A DNA stretch of 64,000 nucleotides from an uncultured Armatimonadetes bacterium (GTDB lineage Bacteria > Armatimonadota > Hebobacteria > Hebobacterales > Hebobacteraceae), in NCBI GenBank assembly GCA_963716175.1, contig OY970296.1:1824001-1888000 (forward strand). Reading direction: 5' to 3'. Position 1 is the stretch's first letter. The number at the start of each line of letters is the position of its first letter. The position numbers and the translations under genes are program-made. This document shows positions 49,446 to 60,169 of the stretch, one piece after another. The notes beneath the pieces were generated by a model. The model worked only from the letters and a program-made list of their open reading frames with translations, searched no databases and was not told where the DNA came from.

Positions 49446-50636
49446 ATGCAGATGCCAAAGATCCAGTTCGCAGTTCACGCGGGGCCGCACGCGCGCCGAA
49501 ACTGCCCGATTCGGGCGCGCCTGCCCTATGCTGGCAAGGAGCCGCCGGTCTCGGTCTTGCTCACCGCCGAAGGCGGGTCCAGGCTGCCGGCCCAAGTCGC
49601 TTTGCCTGCATTCTCACGGGGATGGTCAGAGCCAGGCCACTTCGGCCTTGCTTTCGTCCTGCCCGAGTTGGAGGCAGGCGGGAGCCTGAGGTTTGTGGCC
49701 GAGCCCAGCGGCGACCCGGCCGGCGCAGGCGATGCTGTGGCCGTCGCCGATGACAAGTCCGGTCGCGTTGACATCTCCGTCGGCGGCGAACTCCTCACCA
49801 CCTACCGCTACCTCGGCAATCCCGCGCGCCCATGCTTCTTCCCGCTGACCGGTCCAGGGGGAAAGCGCGTGACCCGGAGCTGGCCCATTGCTGATGCCGT
49901 TGCCGGCGAAACCACCGATCACCGGCACCACCGCTCATTCTGGGTTGCGCATGGAGATGTCAACGGAACGGACAACTGGAGTGAGGGGGAGGGGCACGCG
50001 TTCCAGCTACACCGGGAGGCGATCGTTGCCGAGGGTGGTCTGGTGTATGGTCAGTTGGCGGCCTCGACGGACTGGACCGACCGGAACCAGACGAAGATCC
50101 TGGAGGAGAAGCGGGCGCTGACGGCCTGGGCCATCGGGGACGACGCCCGGCTGTTCGACTTCGACGTTCTCTTCACCGCCACGGAGTGCGATGTCCGCTT
50201 CGGGGACACGAAAGAGGGCGGCATCCTGGCGATGCGGGTGGCCTCGGCGATGGATGGCGACCACGGCGGCCGCATCGAGAACTCCTACGGCGGGGTGGGA
50301 GAGGCGGAATGCTGGGGGCGACAGGCGCAGTGGTGTGACTATGTCGGCGAGATTGAGGGGGAGCGCCTGGGCATCGCCATCTTCGATCATCCCCGCAGCT
50401 TCCGGCACCCGACCTATTGGCACGTGCGGGACTATGGCATGTACACCGCCAACCCCTTCGGCTGGCATGACTTCCGGGACGACCCGGCCGCGGATGGGAG
50501 CCATCTCCTACCGCGGGGTGCCTCGCTGTCGTTCCACTACAGGATCTACCTGCACCGTGGCAGCGCGGCGGAGGCGGGCGTGCCCGACCGCTATCATGAT
50601 TATGCCAATCCACCGCGGGTGGAAGTGCTGGCCTGA
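49446..50636 (+). CDS. PmoA-like (DUF6807) family protein
   Basis: DHRHHRSFW, DTKEGG, FDHP, WHVRDYG..ANPF. Confidence 0.75.
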   Translation: MQMPKIQFAVHAGPHARRNCPIRARLPYAGKEPPVSVLLTAEGGSRLPAQVALPAFSRGWSEPGHFGLAFVLPELEAGGSLRFVAEPSGDPAGAGDAVAVADDKSGRVDISVGGELLTTYRYLGNPARPCFFPLTGPGGKRVTRSWPIADAVAGETTDHRHHRSFWVAHGDVNGTDNWSEGEGHAFQLHREAIVAEGGLVYGQLAASTDWTDRNQTKILEEKRALTAWAIGDDARLFDFDVLFTATECDVRFGDTKEGGILAMRVASAMDGDHGGRIENSYGGVGEAECWGRQAQWCDYVGEIEGERLGIAIFDHPRSFRHPTYWHVRDYGMYTANPFGWHDFRDDPAADGSHLLPRGASLSFHYRIYLHRGSAAEAGVPDRYHDYANPPRVEVLA

Positions 50637-50645
50637 CAGTCTCCC

Positions 50646-50942
50646 ATGACCAGAGCGCAGGCCTCCCCTGGTGTGAAGGTGCGCCTCCCGAGCGCTTTCC
50701 AGGAAGCGACCCGGGGACAGCGCCAGGCGCGCGTCTCAGGGCACACCGTGGGCGAGGCGCTCGCCGCGCTGGTGGCGCGCTACCCGGCGCTGCGGCCTCG
50801 CCTGCGCAGCGAGAGTGGCGCGCTCCGCCCGTTCGTGCTGGTGTTCTTGAACTCCGAGGATATCCGCTCCCAGCAGGGCGAGGAGACCGCGCTGCGCGAC
50901 GGGGATGAACTGAGCATCGTGCCCGCCATCGAAGGAGGCTGA
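50646..50942 (+). CDS. MoaD/ThiS ubiquitin-like sulfur carrier
   Basis: TVGEAL, VFLNSEDIR, C-terminal PAIEGG. Confidence 0.85.
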   Translation: MTRAQASPGVKVRLPSAFQEATRGQRQARVSGHTVGEALAALVARYPALRPRLRSESGALRPFVLVFLNSEDIRSQQGEETALRDGDELSIVPAIEGG

Positions 50943-51007
50943 TCGGGCAGGAATGTCTCTCTGAGCCGACGAACAGCGCCGGGAACCCGATACGAACGGA
51001 GAAGGAG

Positions 51008-51865
51008 ATGGCCTGGAAGTACTCAGTATTCACGGTGATGTGCCCCGAGCTGGACCTGGAGCAGACCGCCTCCCTGGCGGCCTCGCTGGGGTTTGATGGC
51101 CTGGAGTGGCGCGTGACCAAGAAGGCGCCGGAGCCGATCAAGGAGATCAGCTACTGGCGGGGCAACCGCTCCACGGTGGACGTGGACAACATCGAGGCCG
51201 ATCTCAAACGGGCCAGGCAGATTGCCGATCGCCACGGCGTGGCCATGCCGGTGCTCGGCACTTATATGAGCTGCAGCCAGCCCGACGTGGTGGAGAGGGT
51301 GATGCAGGCCGCCGCCGCGGTGGGCTCGACCAAGATGCGAGTGGGGCCGCCGGGCTACGATGGCAAGCGGCCCTACCAGGAGCTCTACGACCAGGCTCTG
51401 AGAGACTACGAGAAAGTGGCCGCGCTGGCGCGCAAGTACCAGCTGCAGGCCTGTCTGGAGATGCACATGGGCAATATCACGCCCTCCGCGGGGCTCGCCC
51501 ATCGCCTGGTCTCGCACTTCGACCCGGCCGAGATCGGAGTGATCTTCGACCCGGGCAATATGGTGGTGGAGGGGTTCGAGAACTACCAGTTGGGGTTGGA
51601 GCTCCTGGGCCCCTACCTCAGCCATGTGCATGCCAAGAACGCGCTCTGGGAGAAGACCGGCGAAGAGGGCGGTGCCGCCAAGTGGGAGTACAAGATGGTC
51701 GCCATGAAGCAGGGCCAGGCGAACTGGACCGCAGTGGTCGCCGCCCTGAAGAAGGTGGCCTACGCTGGCTGGCTCTCGTTCGAGGACTTCTCCGAAGCGG
51801 ACACCAAGACCAAGCTCAGTGACGGTCTTGTCTATCTGAGAGCACTAGAGGCCGCCGCGCGCTGA
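51008..51865 (+). CDS. Sugar phosphate isomerase/epimerase (TIM barrel)
   Basis: GFDGLEW, LEMH, DPGN, HVHAKN, LSFED. Confidence 0.82.
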   Translation: MAWKYSVFTVMCPELDLEQTASLAASLGFDGLEWRVTKKAPEPIKEISYWRGNRSTVDVDNIEADLKRARQIADRHGVAMPVLGTYMSCSQPDVVERVMQAAAAVGSTKMRVGPPGYDGKRPYQELYDQALRDYEKVAALARKYQLQACLEMHMGNITPSAGLAHRLVSHFDPAEIGVIFDPGNMVVEGFENYQLGLELLGPYLSHVHAKNALWEKTGEEGGAAKWEYKMVAMKQGQANWTAVVAALKKVAYAGWLSFEDFSEADTKTKLSDGLVYLRALEAAAR

Positions 51866-51937
51866 CCCTCCATGGGGTAGAATTGTGGCGCGGGCGCAGC
51901 CGCACCCGCCATGTCGGCTGTTCTCAGGAGGCGTTCC

Positions 51938-53164
51938 TTGGCTCACACCTACTTCGATCACGCTGCCACCACTCCCACTCGCCCGGAAGTGCTGGAGGCG
52001 ATGCTGCCGTACTACCGGGAGCGCTGGGGGAATCCCTCCAGTATCCACGCCTGGGGCCGCGAGGCGGCGGAGGGCATGGACCGCGCCCGCGGTCAGCTCG
52101 CGGTCCTGCTGGGCGCGCTCCCGGAGGAGATTGTGTTCACCGGCAGCGGCACGGAGGCCGACAACCAGGCCTTGGTCGGCATCAGCATCGCCCGGGAAAA
52201 GAAGGGTAACCACATCATCACCTCCGTGATCGAGCACCACGCGGTGCTGCACTCCGCCCAGTTCCTGGAGAAGCGGGGCCTGCAGGTGACCTATCTGCCG
52301 GTAGACTCGCACGGCCTGGTTGATCCCGACGATGTGCGCCGCGCAATCACGGACAAGACCATCCTGGTTTCGATCATGCACGCAAACAACGAGATCGGGA
52401 CCATCCAGCCCATCGCCGAGATCGGTGCCATTTGCCGGGAGCGAGATGTGCTCTTCCACACCGACGCCGTGCAGACTGTCGGGCACGTGCCCATCAGCGT
52501 CCGCGCCATGAACATTGACCTGCTCTCCCTCTCCGCCCACAAGTTCTACGGACCCAAGGGGGTGGGCGCGCTGTTCGTGCGCAAGGGAGTGCGCATCACT
52601 CCCCTGCTCCACGGCGGCGGACACGAGCGCGGCCGCCGCTCCAGCACCGAGAATGTCCCCGGCATCGTGGGCCTGGGCGAGGCCGCTCGACTGGCCGGCC
52701 AGGACATGGATTGGGAGATGAAGCACAATGCCGAGCTGCGCGACCGGCTGATCCATGGGGTGCTGGAGGCCGTGCCTGACTCTTTCCTGACCGGCCACCC
52801 CACCCAGCGATTGCCCAACAACGCCAGCTTCTGCGTGCGCTATGTCGAGGGCGAATCCATGCTGCTCAATCTCGACTTCGAGGGCATCGCCGCCTCCTCC
52901 GGTTCGGCCTGCACCTCGGGATCATTGGAGGCCTCTCACGTGCTGCTGGCCATCGGCCTGCCTCACGACGTGGCGCACGGTTCGCTGCGCCTGAGCGTGG
53001 GCCGGGGCAACACCGCAGCCGAGGTGGACCAATTCCTCGCGGTCTTTCCTGGCATCGTGGAGAAGCTGCGGGCGATGTCTCCTCTTTCCGCCAGCCGGCC
53101 CGCCAATCTCTGGGAAGGCACCGAGCACGAGCACGGCGCGGAGGATATCGGCCACGTGGACTGA
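51938..53164 (+). CDS. nifS: Cysteine desulfurase (NifS/IscS type)
   Basis: YFDHAATT, EHHAV, NNEIG, HTDAVQ, SAHKFYGPKG, SSGSACTSG. Confidence 0.92.
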   Translation: MAHTYFDHAATTPTRPEVLEAMLPYYRERWGNPSSIHAWGREAAEGMDRARGQLAVLLGALPEEIVFTGSGTEADNQALVGISIAREKKGNHIITSVIEHHAVLHSAQFLEKRGLQVTYLPVDSHGLVDPDDVRRAITDKTILVSIMHANNEIGTIQPIAEIGAICRERDVLFHTDAVQTVGHVPISVRAMNIDLLSLSAHKFYGPKGVGALFVRKGVRITPLLHGGGHERGRRSSTENVPGIVGLGEAARLAGQDMDWEMKHNAELRDRLIHGVLEAVPDSFLTGHPTQRLPNNASFCVRYVEGESMLLNLDFEGIAASSGSACTSGSLEASHVLLAIGLPHDVAHGSLRLSVGRGNTAAEVDQFLAVFPGIVEKLRAMSPLSASRPANLWEGTEHEHGAEDIGHVD

Positions 53165-53283
53165 GCAGATTCGCGCATCACAGTAGGGCAAGTTCCCCTA
53201 GGCCGCTTGCAGCGGCCGGGGTGGCGGCCCAGAGGGCCTAGCCACGCGACCTGCCCAACGTCCTTTGGCAGCACGAGCGACCA

Positions 53284-54660
53284 ATGAGCCACATCCTATC
53301 CCTTCCGCCCCAGGACGTCTTCATTGATCTCGCAGCCACGCGGGGGCCGCTGGAATGGTGGCGCCAGGCTCTGGGCCACGGCGGCATCAACGCGCTTCCC
53401 CTTCCTCCTCGGGTAGTAGCAGGTGTCGCCAAGCTTCAGCCGCGCCTGATCCGCGTCTTCATCCAAGAGCACTTCGATATCTATCCCGAGCGCGGCCGCC
53501 TCAACTGGCGCCAGCTCGATCCTTTCATGGAGGCGCTGGCGCGGACCGGAGCCAAGGTGGTGGCCGCCATCACCATCAAGCCGAAGGTCCTGTTCCCGAA
53601 AGTGGACCCCGCGAGCTGGCGGCCCAATGATGTCGCCCAGTGGCAGCGGGTGATCTATGAGCTGACCAAGCGCTACTCGGTTGACAGGCCTATCGTCACT
53701 CACTGGGAGGTGGGCAACGAGACCGATATCGGCGAGAGCGGAGGCTGTCCCTACCTGATCCCAGATCCGAAGGACTACGCCGAATACTACCGCATGACCA
53801 TCGAGGCCGTGCTAGCTGCTTTCCCCTCGGGCAAGGTAGGTGGCCCCGCCTCCTGCTGGATTGACAAGCAGCCTCTGCCGGGCCTGATCGAGGCCTGCCG
53901 TGATACCGGGACGCGGTTGGATTTCATCTCCTGGCATCTGTACCATGACGATCCGCAGCGCCACGCCCTGGGGGTGGAGAAGGCGAAGCAGTACCTCAGG
54001 GGTCTGCGCGGACCCCGGCCGGAGATGCTGGTGACCGAGTGGAACAAGTCGTTCGAGCCAGTCTCCTGCGAGGAGCTGGCCTTCGTCCCGCGCCGTGCGG
54101 CGAATGTCGCGGCGTCCCTACTGGCGATGCTCGAGGCCGGGCTGGACTGGTCCTTCTACTATCACATCTGGGATCAGGTCTTCTACCCCGAGCCCTTCCG
54201 GCCCTTCTTCTCGGAGGCCGGCATTCACATGATGGAGACGCACTGGAACCAGGAGCCTCATCGCTTCGGGCTCTTTGGTGTGGGTGAGGAAGTCAGGCCC
54301 CAGTACTTCGTCTATCAGATGCTCAGCCGCCTGGGGGAGGAGAGGATCGCCGGTTATTGCGAGGACCCGAATCTCCAGGTGCTGGCCGCGCAGACCGAGG
54401 GCAGGGTCTCCGCCCTGCTGGTCAACTTCGGTCTCGACGAGTCACGGGACATCCTGGTGACGGCCCGCTTCGCCCGGCTCACTCATGGCCGCAAGATGCT
54501 GACCATCTACCGCCTCGACTCAGCGCGCCGCTGGTGCGCCGAGGACCTGAAGCAGATCCCCCTGGAGCGCCGCGAGGTCTACGCCTCCGACGAGTTTCAC
54601 TGCCAGGTGTACTGCCCACGCGACAGCGTCGCCCTGGTCACTCTGGAGGACATCCCGTGA
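53284..54660 (+). CDS. GH39-like glycoside hydrolase
   Basis: WEVGNE (acid/base), KVGGP, DFISWHLY, VTEWN (nucleophile). Confidence 0.78.
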   Translation: MSHILSLPPQDVFIDLAATRGPLEWWRQALGHGGINALPLPPRVVAGVAKLQPRLIRVFIQEHFDIYPERGRLNWRQLDPFMEALARTGAKVVAAITIKPKVLFPKVDPASWRPNDVAQWQRVIYELTKRYSVDRPIVTHWEVGNETDIGESGGCPYLIPDPKDYAEYYRMTIEAVLAAFPSGKVGGPASCWIDKQPLPGLIEACRDTGTRLDFISWHLYHDDPQRHALGVEKAKQYLRGLRGPRPEMLVTEWNKSFEPVSCEELAFVPRRAANVAASLLAMLEAGLDWSFYYHIWDQVFYPEPFRPFFSEAGIHMMETHWNQEPHRFGLFGVGEEVRPQYFVYQMLSRLGEERIAGYCEDPNLQVLAAQTEGRVSALLVNFGLDESRDILVTARFARLTHGRKMLTIYRLDSARRWCAEDLKQIPLERREVYASDEFHCQVYCPRDSVALVTLEDIP

Positions 54661-54673
54661 GGCCTCACCGCGA

Positions 54674-54702
54674 TTGACCGGGGCGGCCCCTGGGCGTAGA
54701 AT
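54674..54702 (+). promoter_or_regulatory. tmRNA promoter
   Basis: TTGACC-N17-TAGAAT. Confidence 0.75.
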
Positions 54703-54716
54703 AGAAGTATCACCGT

Positions 54717-55064
54717 GGGGGCGAAAGGGCTCGACGGTGGACTGGGAGCTGCAGGACGCGAGCCGAGTTGCGTGAGCTCGATAAAACGCGCACCTCAATA
54801 ACTGCCAACCAACCATTGGCACTCGCCGCCTAAGGGCGGTGGCGTCCTCCCGACCGGGCTAGCACGGTCGGCTTGGGCGTAAACACTCGCTAGCTTTCCC
54901 GGAACCCTGAGGTTCGTAGGGGTGAGGGAAGAACGCAAACGAACTAGCTTGGCGGAAAGCCTGCCTGTGGGCGTCCGCCCGGCGAAGCCAAAACGCAGGC
55001 TACGCTCGTAGCGGTCTGCAGGGACTGTCCATCGGACGTGGGTTCAATTCCCACCGCCTCCACC
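54717..55064 (+). ncRNA. ssrA: tmRNA; tag peptide ANQPLALAA (54804..54833)
   Basis: 5' GGGGGCG..CTCGAC; 3' GTGGGTTCAATTCCCAC-CGCCTCCACC with G3.U pair; ATAACTGCC resume context; LAA-stop. Confidence 0.95.
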
Positions 55065-55297
55065 TCTTGGGAATTGAACCCCGGTCTGGCGACCCATCGT
55101 TCCCAGGTCAGCTCCTCGATGGCCATGAGCCGTGTTGTCGGCCCAGCGACAGAACTGGTGTTACGCGACTAGGGACAGAACCAGGGTCATGTGCCAGGCA
55201 TGCTTCGTCGCGGCAAAAGGGCGTCAGGAGAGGAGAGCACCTTCGGAGAGACGAAGGAGCTGCCTCCTAGACCAGCTACCTCGGAAGAGCAACTCCG

Positions 55298-55783
55298 ATG
55301 AACCTGAAGCCCATCTTGGGGCTGATCATCTGGATCGCGGTATCGTTCTGTGCCGGGCTGATAGGGTCCCGGTTCACCGGCCCCGCGGTGGCCAGCTGGT
55401 ACGCCGATACCAACAAGCCTGCCTGGACCCCTCCCGCTGTTGTGTTCGGCCCGGTCTGGTCGGCGCTCTACCTGATGATGGGCGTGGCTGCCTGGTTGGT
55501 CTGGCGGAAGGCCGGGTTCTCCGGGGCGCCCGGCGCCATCGTGCTCTTCGGGCTTCAGCTCATCGCCAACGCGGCCTGGTCCTGGATCTTCTTCGGGCTT
55601 CATCGCTTCGATCTCGCCTTCTTCGAGATCGTTATCCTCTGGGTGCTGATCCTGGCGACACTGATCGCCTTCTGGCGGCATGACACCACGGCCGGCTTGC
55701 TCATGCTCCCCTACCTTGTCTGGGTGAGCTATGCCAGCGCTCTGAACCTTGCGATCTGGCGTCTGAATCCGCCTGGGCCTTGA
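55298..55783 (+). CDS. tspO: TspO/MBR tryptophan-rich sensory protein
   Basis: WY..KPAWTPP..VFGPVW..LY, NAAWSWIFF, PYLVWV. Confidence 0.92.
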   Translation: MNLKPILGLIIWIAVSFCAGLIGSRFTGPAVASWYADTNKPAWTPPAVVFGPVWSALYLMMGVAAWLVWRKAGFSGAPGAIVLFGLQLIANAAWSWIFFGLHRFDLAFFEIVILWVLILATLIAFWRHDTTAGLLMLPYLVWVSYASALNLAIWRLNPPGP

Positions 55784-55893
55784 GGCACGACACGCGTGGT
55801 CGGCTCGGAACCGCGCCGGCTTTGATGCCTCTGTTGCACGGTCCGCGACCTCGCGGTGCGCTGGGACGCCTGACGCAGCGGGCCGTATGAGCA

Positions 55894-58315
55894 CTAGTGT
55901 GAAGCATCCCTAACAAGCAGGATCCCGTCCATCGGCGCCAGCGTGACCTCCGTTGCTGGGCTCCCATCATTGTAGCGGCTGGCCGAGGAGATGTGGAGCG
56001 CGTCCGCCACGCACGGCCGCCCATCTTCCGTCCGGACCCGTACCCGCGGATGGTCCGCTGGCTGCAGGGCGAGCTTGTCCGCGATGGTGTGCCATTCATC
56101 CCCGCCAGTGGTTTGGTCAAGGCATGTGCGGTGTAGCACCTTGCCGCCCGCCACGACCTCGAATACCACGCGGTGGCTCCAGTCGCCCGCGCTTGGAGCA
56201 GCAGGCCACCAGGCCTGAATCGTGTAGCGATCGCGGGCCGGCAGGCGCAGGTCCCAGCTCGCCTCTGCGCCGCGCGCCAGCAGTCTGCAGTCCTTTCCCC
56301 AGTTGTGGTAGTACGGCCCAGCGGCCTTCCACATCCCTGAGTCAAGTGTCACGACCTGGCTCTCGCTGCTGGCTGTGAACCCGGCATCGGTGTTATCGAC
56401 GATGTACTGGTAGCGCGGTGCCTGCGCCCCCTGTAGCCGCCGATACCCCGGGCCCAGTCTGACGGTCTGTGGCTCACGGCTGCCGTTGAGGAGCACCGTG
56501 CCATGGCTGAAGTCGCGGCGGTAGACCGGCGGCGGGGCCTCCGTCAGGCTCACGTCGTCCAGCCAGACGCGGCCGGCAGTCGCCCCGATCAGGAACTGGA
56601 TGCGCGCATCGCGGGCGGCGACGGGGGCCTCAAATGTGACGCGGTACTGCTGCCAGTCGGCCGTGATCTGGATGGTGCGGCCGAGGCCGTAGCTGTCCCA
56701 AGGCGGCGCGCCCTTGCTCGCACTCAGCGTGATCAGGCGCGGCGCATCTGCCTTCGCCCAGAAGGTCAGGGCGTAGCTAGTGTGCGCCCTCAGCGCGCGG
56801 TTGGCCTGGCAGAAGTCGATCTGCCAGTCTGCATGTCTCCCCGCATCCGCGATCGTGATCCTGGCTGAGGCGCCGCCGTTGTGCGCCTGCGCCGGGTCTC
56901 GCTGCACGGTGGCCACACAGCCGGCGCTTGCGTCCGCCCAGAGCGACCAGTCCCCGCCCAGAGGCTGCTCGAAGCCGCCGTTGGTGATCAGGTCGTGCGA
57001 TTGACCCCGTAGCTCGCCAACACAACGCGCTTCGCCCAGTGGCTCGCCCAGGTCACAGTCAAGCTCGTCGTACCACCACGTATTGCCGTGCCCCGTGTCG
57101 CCGGCCTCGTGCGCAAAGTAGCCGTCGCCCATCAGTGTGAAGGCCAGGCCAAAGCGCATGTACGGGTAGTAGGTGCGACCGAATTCGAGCGTGGATGCCG
57201 GAATCGTCTCGTAGGCGTCAAAGCCGTACCCGTAGCCGATCTGCCCCGGAATCGCGGACTCCACCGACGTGATCGTCGGCTGCAGGCTTTGCTCGCACCA
57301 GTCATGGTATTGGCTCCAGAAGTCGCTGAAGCTCATGCGCCCCTCGATCACGTCCACCGGGGAAAAGCCGATGCTCAGGCCATGGAACAGTCCCGCCACC
57401 CCGGGCTCGTCCGGCGATCCGAGCGAATGGGCCGAGGTGAAGGCATACGGCATCAGCTCGTGCCAGGTACGCATCTCCAGCAGCACCCCGGCCCGCCAGG
57501 CGGCGTCGAGCTTCGCCGGGTCATCAGCCTTGCCATCGCCGTCAGCGTCAATCTCCACCGGGTTGCCATAGATGTCCGTGCGCTGCCAGGATTGCGACAG
57601 CATCACATTGTCGAAGAAGCAGCCATCGAACATGAGATCGCTCTCGAGCATGGCCTTGCGCGCGTACTCCGCCTGATAGCGCGCCACCTCCGGCCGAGTG
57701 AGGTTCAGCCGGTAGGACCCAGGCCAGACCTCGATCTTCTTCCCGTTGACATCGCGCAGGAAGAAGTCGTCCGGCACGTCGTTGTTCTCCACCGCGTTGA
57801 TGCTGCACAGTATCAGGATGCCGGGATTCAGCCGACGCAAGGTGGCTATCTGCTTGGCGTCAAACGATGCCCCCAGCCACACATCGACCTTCGCGGCCTC
57901 CTCCAGCATGTGGCTCCCTTCGAGCCACGACCAACTCCCCCACAGGTTGAAGACCCGGGGGAAGTGGCGGCGGAGCGAGGGCACGCAACGGTAGATCAGG
58001 TGCTTGGGCTCCAGACTGCTACCGCTCGTGCTCAGATAGATATGGTTGAGCGTCGCGGGGTCGGGGTTGATGGGGATCTCCAGCCTATGCGCCGGGCCAC
58101 CACCAGGTGGCAGCGGCATCATCCGCGCATAAGGGAGTTGCTCGCCGATCGAGTATCGGCAGTCGGCTCCGCTCGACGGCGTCACGGTCAGGGAGCGCGC
58201 GCGTCCCCGCGGGCAGCAGCATGCTCTCTGGCGTCACTGTCATCGCTGGCGGCGCGCCGGCCGCCGCGGTGGCGAGCACCAGGAGCAGAAGACAGATGGC
58301 TACCGCAGTATGCAT
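55894..58315 (-). CDS. Secreted putative glycoside hydrolase with CBM4/9-like and golvesin-like domains (apparent frameshift 58195..58203)
   Basis: Signal peptide; FDGCFFDN, MRFGL, WWYDE; NGGFE..FWAKA; RRDF..G..LN; VADAL. Confidence 0.7.
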
Positions 58316-58365
58316 CTCGATCGCCTCCAGGCCGTCCGGCTTCGCGTGCCGCTCCGTATGCTCCC

Positions 58366-60000
58366 CTACTTCGCGGGCACGAGTACCGGGTTGCCCAGGT
58401 AGAGGGTGATGTCCTCCGTCGGCGCGTTGAACCACAGCCGCCAGTGGCGGACCTGGCCCACGTTGGTGACGATGCTCGCTTCGTCGAGGGGAAGGCGCAG
58501 GAGGACCGGCGTACCCGGCGGCACCGGAATGTAGAGTCGCTCCCACGCGTAGCCGTCCTCGCCAGCCAGATCGGCCGCCAGGGGCACCGTATGGTCCATC
58601 GGGTTATAGAGCGGCTGCTCCAGGTAGCGGTACTTCGACCAGTCTGTGGTCGCCAGCAGCTTGCCATCGATCATCACCCACGGCCACTCATCGCTGTTCT
58701 TGTCGGCCCGATCGAACCGGGAGACGTGCATCTCGATCGCATAGCGCTGTCCATCGATCTCGTGCGGTTGCCGCACGATGCGACCGGCGGGATGTTCCTT
58801 GCTCAGCGCCTCTAGGAGTGCCGCGTTCGCGTAATCGAACACTACCAGGCCCCGGGAGGGCCTTGCCTTGGCCCCCAGGAGGACGCGGTTCCACTCGGTC
58901 CTCCGGAAGGTGGGCCGACCGGGTTTGAGGGCGCCCTCGCGCATCTTCCGGTAGACCTCGCCCAGTGCCGCGCACGCCGCGGGAGAAGCGTCGAAGCCTT
59001 GGGGCACTCCGCTCTCGCCCTCCCAGTGGTAGATGAAGGGCATCAAGCCGGCCGCCCCCTGCTCCAGGTAAGCAAGGCACTCCTCCCGCACCTGCTCGGG
59101 CGTGGTCATGACATCCCACGTGCCCGTCTGCTCCCGGAACATCTGCGGCATGCCGATCAACCCAATGCCGGGCTGCTGCGCGTTCGCCAGCTGCATGATG
59201 TAGGTCAACTGCCGGCGGGTGTTCTGATCCAGCGTCCCGTGATGGTAGGGGTAGAGATACACGCCCAGGGCGTCGCAGATGCCGGGCGAGAAGTTCTCCA
59301 TGGCCGATGCTCCCCCGACGCCCATCACGATCACGTGGTGGTACGGGCTGCCGTCTGCCTTCCGGTCATTGGCCCGGATCACACGCGCCATCTCCTTCAG
59401 AGAGTCGCCCTCGAACGGACGGGCGTCGTCTACGAGCCAGAAGCCCCACAGGTTCGGCGAGTCCTTCACGGCCAGAATGTCCTGCTTCAGGCCTTCGGAG
59501 TTGCACAGGAGCAACCCCGCGCTATGCGGCGCCGGCTTGGTGCCGTCCGCACCCCGCGTGCATCCGGTGAAGGCGTCGGCGGTCCGACCCGTGTAGGTGA
59601 TATGCTCCCCCTCGATCACCAGCGTGCCGGAGGGCGGGAACGACGCCCCCTCTCCCCTGGTGTCGGCGGCCACCGCGATCGTGTTTTCCTGCGGCGCGAG
59701 CTCCTTGGCCAGGCGCAAGCCCACAAAGCGGCTGGAGAGATTGTACATCACCTTCATCTGGTGGTCCGCGATCGCCTTGCCCATAGGGCTGGCCGGATCC
59801 AGCTGTTGCCGGCCGCGATCAGCGCTGTAAGTGTAGATGAGCGTCGCCCCGAGCTTGGCGAGCTCCGTGATTTGCTCGGGCGTCTCAACCCCGAAGGCCC
59901 CCAGCGGCGGACGCCCGTACACGCTCAGGTCCACGGCCCTGGCCTGTGCTCCGTATCCACAGAGCCACACAAGGCTCAAGCAGACGATGGCTTTCGGCAT
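58366..60000 (-). CDS. Secreted hypothetical GH-like TIM-barrel protein
   Basis: Signal peptide after SD; KDSPNLWGFWLVDD, YLYP, GAAGL. Confidence 0.6.
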   Translation of the reverse strand: MPKAIVCLSLVWLCGYGAQARAVDLSVYGRPPLGAFGVETPEQITELAKLGATLIYTYSADRGRQQLDPASPMGKAIADHQMKVMYNLSSRFVGLRLAKELAPQENTIAVAADTRGEGASFPPSGTLVIEGEHITYTGRTADAFTGCTRGADGTKPAPHSAGLLLCNSEGLKQDILAVKDSPNLWGFWLVDDARPFEGDSLKEMARVIRANDRKADGSPYHHVIVMGVGGASAMENFSPGICDALGVYLYPYHHGTLDQNTRRQLTYIMQLANAQQPGIGLIGMPQMFREQTGTWDVMTTPEQVREECLAYLEQGAAGLMPFIYHWEGESGVPQGFDASPAACAALGEVYRKMREGALKPGRPTFRRTEWNRVLLGAKARPSRGLVVFDYANAALLEALSKEHPAGRIVRQPHEIDGQRYAIEMHVSRFDRADKNSDEWPWVMIDGKLLATTDWSKYRYLEQPLYNPMDHTVPLAADLAGEDGYAWERLYIPVPPGTPVLLRLPLDEASIVTNVGQVRHWRLWFNAPTEDITLYLGNPVLVPAK

Positions 60001-60169
60001 GGTTCCGGCCTTCCTTGGCTCGCGGCCGCGGGCCTTCCAGTGCCAAGCAGCACTGGAGGTTCCCGTCCCGCGCCCGATATCCCTCTGCGCCCGCGGTCGC
60101 TCGGCAGCTTCCTCCTGCGGCGAGCCGAAAGCGCTCGCCACGAGCATCGCGGCCTAGTCTGTTAGTCGG

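Noticed and set aside
49446-50636. Methane monooxygenase subunit
   Set aside because: Soluble protein in a sugar-catabolism context; the family name is misleading; no pmoB/pmoC
5690-58203. Frameshifts in purB, purE, lptC, second sulfatase, smpB and the GH-like gene as programmed recoding or pseudogenes
   Set aside because: All are 1-2 nt losses in G/C runs or CG repeats, several in housekeeping genes; typical of long-read consensus error
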